DNA from: an uncultured Acidobacteriota bacterium
GTDB taxonomy: Bacteria > Acidobacteriota > Terriglobia > UBA7540
NCBI GenBank assembly: GCA_963804995.1
Contig: CAWDSK010000003.1
Coordinates: 992,001-1,056,000, forward strand
Length of the DNA stretch: 64,000 nucleotides
Reading direction: 5' to 3'
Part shown: piece by piece, positions 30,703-40,597 of the stretch
How positions within the stretch are numbered: position 1 is the stretch's first letter
Layout of the letters: each line of letters opens with the position of its first letter
Notes under the pieces: generated by a model
Database searches by the model: none
Seen by the model: only the letters and a program-made list of their open reading frames with translations
Told to the model about the DNA's origin: nothing
Position numbers and translations under genes: made by a program

Positions 30703-30788
30703 GCGCGGCGAAGTCGGTGGGGGTGCTGGTTGCTTGTTACTCCGCACAGACTCCCATGCGGTTGCGGCGCACCACTGGCGATGAGAAT

Positions 30789-30919
30789 GCGCCGAGCGCC
30801 TTGGACTGCGGTCGCAGCAGCTACCGCTTTCCGGCTTTGGTTCATGCGGGAAATGTAGATGGGGTGGAGGGAGAATGGCGGTAGCTGCCGTTACCGCAGT
30901 CAAGGCGCCTTCGGCACGC
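30789..30919. repeat. REP doublet of a further family (GCGCCTTGGACTGCGGT..GCAGCTACCGC and its inverse)
   Basis: Inverted arms read directly. Confidence 0.7.
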
Positions 30920-30998
30920 CTACTTTCATAACAGCCTCAAGCGAGGGAGTGAGCCGCCACGCTGGCGCCCCGGCGAGTCGGGGCGATTTAGTGCTCTT

Positions 30999-31347
30999 GT
31001 AGCGCGGACCTCCGCCGTTGAGGTTCGCGGTTCTTCCTGTGCCATTTGAGCCAATGTATCGTGACGAAGAAAGAGTTGCGGCGCGACCGTCTGAGATTCG
31101 TGGGTTTGCCACATGAAGAACCGCGGACCCCAAAACCGGGGGACCGCGCTACGAAACATGGCCGCGCTACGCTTGCTGAGATTCGTGGGTTTGCCATATG
31201 AAGAACCGCGGACCCCAAAACCGGGGGACCGCGCTACGAAGCATGGCCGCGCTACGCTTGCTGAGATTCGTGGGTTTGCCATATGAAGAACCGCGGACCC
31301 CAAAACCGGGGGACCGCGCTACGAAACATGGCCGCGCTACGCTTGCT
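30999..31347. repeat. Inverted copy of the GTAG-CGCGG REPIN with an 85-bp unit tandemly triplicated
   Basis: Units at 31091, 31176 and 31261. Confidence 0.9.
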
Positions 31348-31548
31348 CTTTTGGTTGCGGCATCGCCGCGCTGCGCTACCGCGCTTAACGACACAGCCAG
31401 GAGTGCCTGTGCTACAGCTATGGCAGGCACAGGGGGGGCGCGGCCTGCGACTTGGGCCCCTCGTTCGCTTTGACCCAGGCAAAAAATCTACATCGGCAAA
31501 AGGTGGATCCCCGGAAGTCAGCGGTGCGCTGACTGGAAGGCGTTCAAT

Positions 31549-32740
31549 TCATGAAGGACTCGTATCCTGTACGGCATACTTCTGGTAAATGTGCCGGCAA
31601 GGCAATCCACGTGCGATCCACATTTGGCGTTTTGGGGGCAGAAGGTAAAAACTATCGAGACTGAATCCATCGCCAGGATGGATGGGGTGTTGGCAGATAT
31701 CAAGCCCCGGCGCAACTCCGTGGTCACGGAAGAAAGTCGTGACCAATTCCCCGTCGATATGACCACAATTGGCTTTGGCCAGGTCCGCCATCCGTCTGGC
31801 GCGAGACAGGCTGTTGGGACTAAGTTTGGGGGGGACGTTCCTGATGACTCAGCCGCCGCATTTCTTCGCTCTCAAAATGGTTGGCGCGTGCAATCCAATC
31901 GACACACTCGACTGGATAGACTTTTCCTGGCACGCCTTCCACCACCCAGACCTCACCCGCAGCGTCGCCCATAAGGAATATGAATGCCCCGGCATTTCGG
32001 GTGTTCTGCAATAACGCGATCGCCTCACGGCACGTCCGCCGTGTCAGAATTCCCGCGATCAGCGCATAGGTTGGAATGCCCACATCAGGTGGAACGCTGG
32101 GGTGAGTGCCCGACGTGGTCCACACCAGTGACAAACCGTGCTCATTCATCCCAGCGGCGGTCCAGAGTCCCGGGTAGGCGTAAGTCAGGGTAGCCGGCAT
32201 GGAGTCACTCTGCAATCGCACGAGGCTGGACCAGAGATAAACAGATGGAGACCAATCCCAGTTCTGGCCGATCACGGCTGATCCATCCACCGTGCCCTTC
32301 CCGGTGGCGCCAATGGCTGTGCAGCTATGTGTGTGCCCGATCTCTTCATGAAGGAGCAGCAGAACAATCTCCTGCATCGAGCGTCCACTTCCTTCTGCCA
32401 TGCCCTGGATAAATTCCCAGACGGGCTTCTGCCATTCCGCCAGAACTTTGCCACAGCTTTCGGCGTAGGCCAATCTGAGGGAATCGGGTGCGAGCTCCTG
32501 GTGGAGAAAAACCCCTATCGCTTCTGCCTGACTATTGCCGTAGTCACGTCCACAATCACGCGCTGTCCCGCGAAATTCGGCCAATTGGTAATTGCTCTTC
32601 TGGCGCGGCCGCGCTGCGGGCATTTGGGTGGAGGAGAGCCGCTCCATATACTTTGCGAGTGATCCCTTGGCGGTGGATAAGCTGTCGGTCAAGCAAACTG
32701 TTGACAACCCCAATTGTTTCAGCATGCGCCTTCGATTCAT
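31549..32740 (-). CDS. Tat-exported peptidase C45 / Ntn-hydrolase (frameshift at G7 run, 31828-31834)
   Basis: MNRRRML Tat-like leader; HSCTAIG nucleophile; GQNWDW; GMNEHGL; C-terminus lies in the 31549-31791 frame. Confidence 0.8.
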
Positions 32741-33021
32741 ACGTGCCCTCCTCCTGCTGGATCCCGGTCAATTTCGATGTCAGTTTTACTCTATAGTTCA
32801 ACTCAACACAATTGTATTCCCGCGGGCGGGCGCGCGCGTTGCCGGTAACCACCCTGGCGCGACTGCGGCACCCCTCCTGAATCAGAAGGGGTGCCGCGCA
32901 AAAAAAGCAGGGTATCAGAGTCTATGCTTTTCACACTCTGCGGCTCTTAATATGATGAATATACACTGTATTATTAACACGCGGGTTTGACACCGGAGGC
33001 GGTAATGCAAAAAACAGGTGA

Positions 33022-33128
33022 CAGGGAATAGGGAACGGAAGTACAGGGAACAGGGAATAGGGAACAGGGAACAGCGCGACAGTCACCCGCGACGAGCGGA
33101 AAGGCAAGAGATTGGGAACAGGGAACAG
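33022..33128. repeat. Heptamer tract GGGAACA/GGGAATA
   Basis: Read directly. Confidence 0.7.
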
Positions 33129-33233
33129 AGGCGCAGAGGCTTGAAAACAAAGGGTCATTTCTCTGCGTCTCAGCGTCTCAGCGGTGAAAATGGTATTTTT
33201 TCACACCTTCGGACGCCCGTGGCACAGCGGACG

Positions 33234-34562
33234 CTATCGGGCCTGCCCGTTAAGGTAGGTAATCACGCCGTGCGCGAGATCTTCTCCCCCCTCTTCGGTG
33301 AAGGGCGAAACGCCAGGTTCGTAACCTCCGTAACCGAATTCAGTCTTGGTGGGCAGATAGCCGAGCCAGCCATTGGTATATCCGAAATAGAACGTGTAGG
33401 GGAACTGCGAATGGTTCCGCACGTCCATGGAGATTTCGCAGAAAAGTTCGAGCGGCGCGGCCCAGATGGCCACATCCTTATTGATCCGCAAGAAGCGCAC
33501 CGGCATGCGAATCATGGCGCCTCCCGTGCTCGTCGTGCGCAGGTAGTTGCCGAGGTCAGGCGCCCAACCCAGTCCTGCTTTGCGCGGCGATTCCACAATT
33601 GTCTCACCCGTGGTGAGATCCACCTCCGAAGTCGTGGGGCCCAGGCGCGCGTTGGCCGCGATAATCGGGTCGCCCAGCAGCACCTCAAATGCCTCCAGGT
33701 GCCCGCTCTCGAAGTCCGGATAGACGGTATAGATGGGCGCCTGGTTGCCCGCCGCCCCGTTGATATAGAGCACCGGTGCGCCCAGTTTCCGCTCGACGTA
33801 AGCCTCCACGGCGCCGGGGGCGTCGCCGCTGATCAGATTATTCTCGCCGCCCAGGGCGGTGCCGTGCATGCTGTAGTTGGCGATCAGGGCCAGCAGTTTT
33901 CCATCGGCCTTCTCCAAACGCAAGAGCCCGATCTGGTGATCGACGGGGCCGTCGGGATTCAAGCCCAGGAACGTCGGACCGTCCTCATTCCGCGCCCGGC
34001 GGTTGATGGCCGCGTTCGCGTATCCCCAGCCCACGCCCAACTTTGCCGGCTCCAACTTCTCCCGCGCTTCCTTGATGCCATCGAGCAATTGCTTCTTCAC
34101 CTGGGCCGTGTAGACGCTGTTGTGATCGTGCTCATACCGCCCCTTCAGGAAGGCTTCTCCCATCCCCGGCGGCCCCACCTCCGGAGCGGCATGCGTGTGA
34201 GTCGTACTCCACCAAACCGTGAGGTTCTTCGTTCCTGCCTGCTCCTTCGCTGCCCGGGAGATCTCGTCATAAACCGAGGGAGAGACAAGGCAGATGTCGG
34301 TCGAAATCAGGATGAACTGGGTCTTGCCATCGTCCATCGCGACGATGCGGTGAAAGATGTGATCGTGCGTGCCGGTCGATTGTCGGGGGCCGTAGCCCAG
34401 CAGCCATTGCGGCGTGTCCGGGGTGATATCAATCTTGACCACCGAGGCACGAAACTGGCCGGCCAGGGCGGTGAGGGAACTCATCACCATCGCCAATAAA
34501 AAAACCGGGATGATAGCCACCCTGCCCCAGCGGTTTACTTTTGCCACTCGCCTGTTCACCAT
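33234..34562 (-). CDS. Neutral/alkaline ceramidase N-terminal-domain protein (secreted)
   Basis: DITP...GY, THTHAAP, NRR, NYSMHGT, ISGDAPG, GAAGN, GYTNGWLGYLPT...GGYE. Confidence 0.85.
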   Translation of the reverse strand: MVNRRVAKVNRWGRVAIIPVFLLAMVMSSLTALAGQFRASVVKIDITPDTPQWLLGYGPRQSTGTHDHIFHRIVAMDDGKTQFILISTDICLVSPSVYDEISRAAKEQAGTKNLTVWWSTTHTHAAPEVGPPGMGEAFLKGRYEHDHNSVYTAQVKKQLLDGIKEAREKLEPAKLGVGWGYANAAINRRARNEDGPTFLGLNPDGPVDHQIGLLRLEKADGKLLALIANYSMHGTALGGENNLISGDAPGAVEAYVERKLGAPVLYINGAAGNQAPIYTVYPDFESGHLEAFEVLLGDPIIAANARLGPTTSEVDLTTGETIVESPRKAGLGWAPDLGNYLRTTSTGGAMIRMPVRFLRINKDVAIWAAPLELFCEISMDVRNHSQFPYTFYFGYTNGWLGYLPTKTEFGYGGYEPGVSPFTEEGGEDLAHGVITYLNGQAR

Positions 34563-35009
34563 GATTTACTCCTTCTCACTGCGTTTTTGAAAATTGCGGG
34601 GGTTGCGCCGGAAAGAACCGAAGCCCGCCTGGTCTCTCTCCCCGTTGGCTAACTAAGAGTCTTCCCCGGGTGTGTACGGCCCCTTTTTCAATTCGGAAAA
34701 TATTTGAGCAACATCCTGGGAAGACATGCCACTCTTCACAGCGGCTTTATCTACCCGCCGGGATGATATGGTTATCTAACTTCGCTGTCAAACTTGAATT
34801 GGCGGATTTGTCTTGCGGGAGAGGAAGGGTTTGTAATGAAAGCCGCCCTGCGCTACCCGCGGACCATCGCATGGCAATGAATTCGCCTAAACAGAATCAG
34901 GCGGGGCAGATTGGGTAGCGCAGAGTGTGGGCCTTTCACACTCTGCGGCTCTTAATTTGATAAAGATGCGCCGTAACGTCATGTCGGCGAGCGTGAGCGT
35001 GTCTGAAGA

Positions 35010-35301
35010 AGAGCCGCAGAGTCTCGAAAAGCACGAGACTCTGCGCTACCTACCGAGACACGCTGTGCAATCTGTGTTAAGGCTTGAGAGGTACGGAGGA
35101 CACAGAGAGCCGCAGAGTCTCGAAAAGCGCGAGATTCTGCGCTACCTACCGAGACACGCTGTGCAATCTGTGTTAAGGCTTGAGAGGTACGGAGGACACA
35201 GAGAGCCGCAGAGTCTCGAAAAGCGCGAGATTCTGCGCTACCTACCGAGACACGCTGTGCAATCTGTGTTAAGGCTTGAGAAGTACAGAGGACACAGAGA
35301 G
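35010..35301. repeat. 96-bp tandem repeat x3, each unit containing a CGCAGAGTCTCG..CGAGAYTCTGCG-CTAC REP hairpin
   Basis: Units at 35011, 35107 and 35203; inverted partner REP at 34914-34953. Confidence 0.9.
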
Positions 35302-35461
35302 TTTCGTTTTGCTTTTGGCCCCGCCGCGCTGCGCTACTTGCTTCGACATCAAGGGAAGAGCCCACGGTCAAAACGACATTGACCGTGGCTACCCGCTGGG
35401 GTATGAAGGAGATGAATTTGGATTGCCGGTCAAGATCTTGCACGGCGGAGGAAACCCTAAA

Positions 35462-37785
35462 ATGAACAGACGGGAATTTCTGGGCAGCAGCGTGGTTCTA
35501 GCGTCAGGGATCGCCAAGGGCACGGGCACGGGAGGAGAGCCCCAGACCCCGGATCGCGCCCGATCGCTGCTGGTCCCTGGTCCGGACATGCCGGAGCTGG
35601 TCGTTGATGCTCGGCAATCGCCCGGCTGCGCTCACTCCACGCGGCGAGGGAGAAGCCACCCTCCGGGCGCCGGAATCCGAGGTGACGCTCGAGGCACGCT
35701 TCTCGCGGGAGGGACCTTTCGAATTCTGCCGCATACGGCACGCGCCCGGCTCATTCCTGGCTCCGGAAGAGCTGAAGCTCGAGTGGGGATTTCCCATGCA
35801 GTACAACGAGTCGATGACCTTCGACGTCGACGCGCTCGCCGGCCATCCCCTCTACCTTCCGGATAGCTCCATCCCGCCTGCGCATTATCTGAACTGGGGA
35901 ACGCTATTCTACAATCGCGAACGTAATCTGGCGATCGGCACCAAGCTGCGTGGCGCGCCGCCAGCCGCCGGCCGCTGGGGCGCGCGAACCGGCCCCACCA
36001 GTCCAACCGAACTGCACATCTGGACGGAAACCGGCTCGCCGGATCTGGAGGTCACCATCTTTACGTGGCATCCCGCCGACCCGCGTCTGTGGTGGGCGGA
36101 GTGGTATCAGGAGGAGGAACGACGCGAGCCGGGCGTGCATCGGTCCATGTTCCCGGTGCTGAGCGCGCTGCAGATAAGCTGGGCGCCGGGGGAGCGGCAG
36201 ACCATCCAGATCGTGCCGGGCCCTGCCGACGACGGCCGCGCCATGGTTTGGACGCTGATCGACGATGTGTCGGGCCAGGTGGTACGCCGAGCGCCATTTC
36301 ACTTACCAGTTGCCTGTCACGAATCTCACCGTCGAGGTGGGTAATTGGCCGACGGGATTGTATCGCGCCGTGGTGACTCCGGCCGGCGAGAAGGTGGACG
36401 GCTCGGTGCGCCGGCTCAGCCAAAAAATGATGAACCTGATCGTGCGGCCTCGCGCAAAGCTCGCGTCAGGTTCTGTTTGTCGCCCCCACGGACATGTGGC
36501 GCGCTTACGCGAGTAACGGCGGCCACGCCATGACCTCCTGGCGGGAATCCTGGCATTACGATAGCGTCGGCTACTCGCCCACTGTGCTGAACACGCGATT
36601 CCGCCGCAGCAATCACTACTACTACGGCCTGTACGAGCGCTGGTCTGACATCAAACACTATCGGTACCTGCGCGAGTTGGCGCGGCAGGATGGCCTCGCA
36701 ATCGACTACTGCACGCAGGACGACATCGCCGGCGGCCGCGTGCGACTTGACGATTACCGGCTGGTGTTGCTGGGCAATCACGCCGAATTCACCACGCTGC
36801 CTTGCTTCATGAACTTTCGCAGCTACCTGGCGCGCGGCGGTGCGGTGATGGTGCATGGCGGTGATTCGTTTGCGGTGATTGTGGAGTATCTGCCCAGCCC
36901 CGAAGAGCGCCGCTATATCTGGCAGCGGGAGCACGTCTGGATGCACCTGACGTATTCGAGCGATGATTTCCAGCCGCCCGAACTGCTTCCGCTCGATGCC
37001 GCCGCCGATACGCCCATCACTCATCCCGAGGCCGGAGGCGCGGTCGATTATCTGAATGTGTTTCATGTGAGCGTCGCGCATTGGACGGACTCCGGACGCG
37101 CCGTCGTCTCAAACGTGGACCATCCCATCGTGCGCGGGCTGGGATTGAAGCTCGGGGATCCCGTGCCGGGGCGCTGGGCGGGCGAAGCCGATATGATTTA
37201 CGAGCCGGCAGCGTGGGATGTTCTGGCTCGGTCGGTAGAGGCAATTACCGAGCCCGCGGAGGATTTCCAGGAGCGTGTCAAGCAGGCCCCGTTCCATCGC
37301 CCGGGAATCTCCGTGCACAAGAACCTGCGGCTGGCCGTGATTTCCGGCGAAAATTTTACCGGCATCCTGGATGATCCCGCCAACACGCTTTTCCGTTCAC
37401 TCTACGCGCGAACCGTGCACTACTTTCTCGATAGCGCTCCGGTTCCGGAAGATGGCCAGGCTTTGCACGCGACTGGCGACGGCACGGAGTTCGTCTTGGC
37501 TGCGCCCGCGACCATCCGGGCGATTCGGTATGAGCTTCCCGAGCTGATCGATTTTTCGGATCCCCTCTGGTTCCGCAAGCCCTGGCCGTATGCGCATTAC
37601 GTGGTGGAGGTTCGGAAGATGGGAGCACATGGACGGTGCTTGCCGACCGGCGGCATGGTCCGTGGCGCGGTTTGCAGACAGATCGGTTCGCCCCCGTCAA
37701 GGTGTCGCGAGTGCGGCTGTCAGGCACTCTATCGAACGGCGAAACTTTCCGTGTCAATAACGTTCGAGTCTTCGGGAGCGAATGA
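35462..37785 (+). CDS. Tat-exported N,N-dimethylformamidase beta-subunit-like protein with a discoidin-like tail (about 4 frameshifts)
   Basis: MNRREFLG leader; 'GLYRAVV', 'VLFVAPTDMWRAY..NGGH', 'LLGNHAEF'; frame changes near 35600, 36295, 36465 and 37612. Confidence 0.6.
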
Positions 37786-37844
37786 CCGGAGCGGCGCTGG
37801 CGCGGGCCGAACGCCGTTCGGCCCTATTTAGGTGTAGCCGTGAA

Positions 37845-38438
37845 TCACGGCTTAGGCGCGCTGAAATCCACCTTGGGAGCTTGGCGCGCTGACTCGGCAG
37901 CCGCAAAGTAGTCATTATTTCGCTGGAAGCCAGCCCAACCGGCAAAGATGCTGTTGGGGAAAAGGCCGATGTAGGTGTTGTAATCCTGGATGGCCTCGTT
38001 ATACCGGCGGCGTTCGACGGCGATGCGGTTTTCGCTCCCGGCCAGCTCATCTTGTAAGGGCCATGAAGTTCTGATCGGATTTGAGATTGGGATAGTTCTC
38101 GACAATGAGCAGCAGCCTGCCCAGAGCGCCATCCAGTTGGCCATTCGCGGCGATCTTGTCGGCGGGTGTCCGGGCATTCAGCAAACCGGCGCGGGCATTG
38201 GCGATGTCTCCGAACACGGTCTGCTCCTGCTTCGCATAGCCCTTCACCGTTTCCACGAGGTTGGGAATCAGGTCGGCGCGCCGCTGCAGCACCACATCCA
38301 CCTGCGCCCAGGCTTGCTTGATGGCTTCATTCTTGCGCACCATTTCGTTTTTGCTGCTGACGTAAGATCCCCCAATGATGAGGGCCACCAACACCAGTAA
38401 TGCCACCACAACTCCCACCACAGCCAGCGTATCTTCAT
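37845..38438 (-). CDS. lemA: LemA family protein (indels near 38429 and 38059)
   Basis: [49 protein letters not shown]. Confidence 0.92.
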
Positions 38439-38456
38439 GACCTTCCTCCGAGTAAT

Positions 38457-38525
38457 GTAGAGGCGGCGGAACCTGTCCCGATCTGATCGGAACGCCGCCA
38501 TATGGCGAGGTAAACTCGCCGCTAC
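38457..38525. repeat. REP doublet, inverse of the one inside the 11827 MITE
   Basis: GTAGAGGCGGC..GCCGCCATATGGCGAGGTAAACTCGCCGCTAC. Confidence 0.75.
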
Positions 38526-38526
38526 T

Positions 38527-39262
38527 CTATCCCTTTGCCGGTGGAACTGCCAGCCGGCGGTCAATCTCGTCCGTAACCTTGGAGACCCTGTCCAGGTACG
38601 CGCCGAATGTTGCCTGGACATCCACATCACGTTCCCGCTTGTGCCCTTCACGAATTTCGAAGATGGTGTGAAAGGGAGAGGGATCAAACCCCAGCACGGA
38701 TCCCAGGCGGTCCACGGAACTTCGCTTGCTTGGCGGTGGCTCCTCCCCCAGAGCAATCAAGGCATGCCGGAACAGCGCGGCAAACGTGGAAATGGAGGAG
38801 GTCATCAGTTCCAGGGTCTTCTGGGAGTCCGTAGGATACCTCAGGTAGTGCTGCCGCAAGCGCAGCGTATTGTTCCGCAGCTCTCTTTCCACTTGCAGGC
38901 GGTGAAGGTCCATCGGAACGTCCAGCGAGGCCATCACATCTTCGCCGTAGAAAACGCGATGCGCCGCTTTGATGTCCAATAGTTCGATGGCGAAAACATC
39001 GGCGGAATGGTGAAGCTCGACAGAGGGTAAAGAAGAGCGGCGCGGGGTGCCCCTTCTTGGCCCACCAGGCCGAAGCATCGCGCAACTTGCCCAAATCGTC
39101 CCGGCCCAGACTCTGCATGATGCAGAGAGTATTCAAGTCAGAATGCCCTGGGTGGAACTCTTCGGTGGCTGCCGAACCGTAAAGTACTACGGAGAGCAGG
39201 TTGCTTCCCGCGGCATCCTTCAGTCTAGTGACCAGGTCTGCCAGGTCCTTTTCTGCAATCAT
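38527..39262 (-). CDS. Nucleotidyltransferase-domain protein (frameshift near 39023)
   Basis: VVLYGSA...SDLN; 'SADVFAIELLDI', 'RLQVERELR'. Confidence 0.8.
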
Positions 39263-39301
39263 AGTTCTCGCTCCCGGAGTGTCTCTCGGTGAGATGATTG
39301 G

Positions 39302-40126
39302 TTACCAGCTTCCGCCGGCTCCACCCCCACCTGAGGAACCTCCACCAAAACCCCCGAAGCCTCCGCCGCCTCCACCCCCGCCAAAACCCCCGCCACCCCA
39401 GCCGTCGCTACGTCCTCCGCCTCCGGTCAAGAGAGACAGCAGAAAGAGTGGACCAAGGAACTTGAGTAAAATCGGCACCACGACAATAAAAATAATCACG
39501 AGAAGGATGATCTGTCCCGGTGTCAGGTTTAATTCCTGCCCCCCGCCATTGCGAGCGGGATGAGCCACCGCCGGGGAGTCAGCCAGGCTGTCCAGAGAAA
39601 CGTGGCTGTCCTGCGCAATCACCGCCGCGATCTGGCTCACCATTTGCACGACGGCGCCGTTGTAGTCGCCCTGGCGCAACAACGGAACCATGCTGCGTCC
39701 GAACCCACCCACTTTGCCGTCAGGAAGGATAGGTTCAAGGCCGTAGCCGACCTCGGTCCAGTACTTGTGATCGTCCGTGGCAAGCAGGACCATCACGCCG
39801 CGGTCCGTTCCCTTGTACCCCACGCCCCACTTCTGGAAAAGGTGGTTGGCGAAGTCTTCCACCGCGTCACCTTCCAGAGTCTTGACGGTGACCACCGCAA
39901 TCTGCGCCTTGGCTTTTTGATCGACCTCCGTACTCAGCCGGGTAAGTCTCGCAACCGCCGTCGGGCTGAGCACGCCGGCAAAGTCATTGACGTACCCCTG
40001 GGGGTTGAGCTTTTGCCACTGGTCCGCGTGGACAGGCGCACCGGGAATAGCCGTGAGAAACAGGATGAATATGGGAAGCGGGGTGCAACGGAAAGGCAAT
40101 TTGAATTTGCTGGATATGGACCGCAT
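39302..40126 (-). CDS. TPM domain protein with Gly-rich tail
   Basis: YVNDFAGVL, QIAVVTV, WGVG, EVGYGLE..LPD, FGGGSSGGGGAGGSW. Confidence 0.93.
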   Translation of the reverse strand: MRSISSKFKLPFRCTPLPIFILFLTAIPGAPVHADQWQKLNPQGYVNDFAGVLSPTAVARLTRLSTEVDQKAKAQIAVVTVKTLEGDAVEDFANHLFQKWGVGYKGTDRGVMVLLATDDHKYWTEVGYGLEPILPDGKVGGFGRSMVPLLRQGDYNGAVVQMVSQIAAVIAQDSHVSLDSLADSPAVAHPARNGGGQELNLTPGQIILLVIIFIVVVPILLKFLGPLFLLSLLTGGGGRSDGWGGGGFGGGGGGGGFGGFGGGSSGGGGAGGSW

Positions 40127-40400
40127 TATTCCCCGGGGAGTCGATCCCCAAAAGCTATTTGCCGGAGTCGCATCATTGTGCCATTAACTCAGGATCGCGC
40201 GCGCCGCTAGCTTACCCTTTATCGTACACGGCATCGAAACCCGGCGCAACTTCCGGGACTTCGATCGACAGCCGGGTAACTAGGGTCCATCCCGGAGCAG
40301 CGCCGTTGTGCATACGAATCCGCTTGATGATCCACCTGACACATGCCTCCAACCGGCCCACTGCTGGCGCGCTGTGTGGACTGGGAAAAAAATGGTGTAT

Positions 40401-40414
40401 ACTCATTAATGAGT
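40401..40414. promoter_or_regulatory. Perfect 14-bp palindrome, candidate operator
   Basis: ACTCATTAATGAGT in the divergent TPM / TonB-receptor intergenic region. Confidence 0.4.
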
Positions 40415-40597
40415 CAAGGGCAGATAAAGAAACTTAAGGGCAGTACGACCTATGCTCCGCTTAAATAGCCAAGGCCTGGCGGGTGAACCGGCGCACAAAT
40501 GTTCGCCACATCGCCCCAGCGGCGGTCGTTGATTTCCAGGAAACAACGCAGCGGGATCACGTTGAACGCGTCACATTGACGTTATTCCCATACACTG

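Noticed and set aside
31091..31347. CRISPR array or repeat-protein ORFs
   Set aside because: The units are near-identical end to end with no unique spacers; the ORFs are translations of REP DNA.
33018..34499. 493-aa plus-strand ORF
   Set aside because: Antisense shadow of the ceramidase-like gene, starting in a heptamer tract.
34927..35443. Repeat-containing ORFs over the 96-bp triplication
   Set aside because: They stay open only because 96 is divisible by 3; the sequence is REP-derived.
35462..38438. Programmed frameshifting or true pseudogenes
   Set aside because: No consistent slippery motif; indels are scattered across unrelated genes, as expected from sequencing error.
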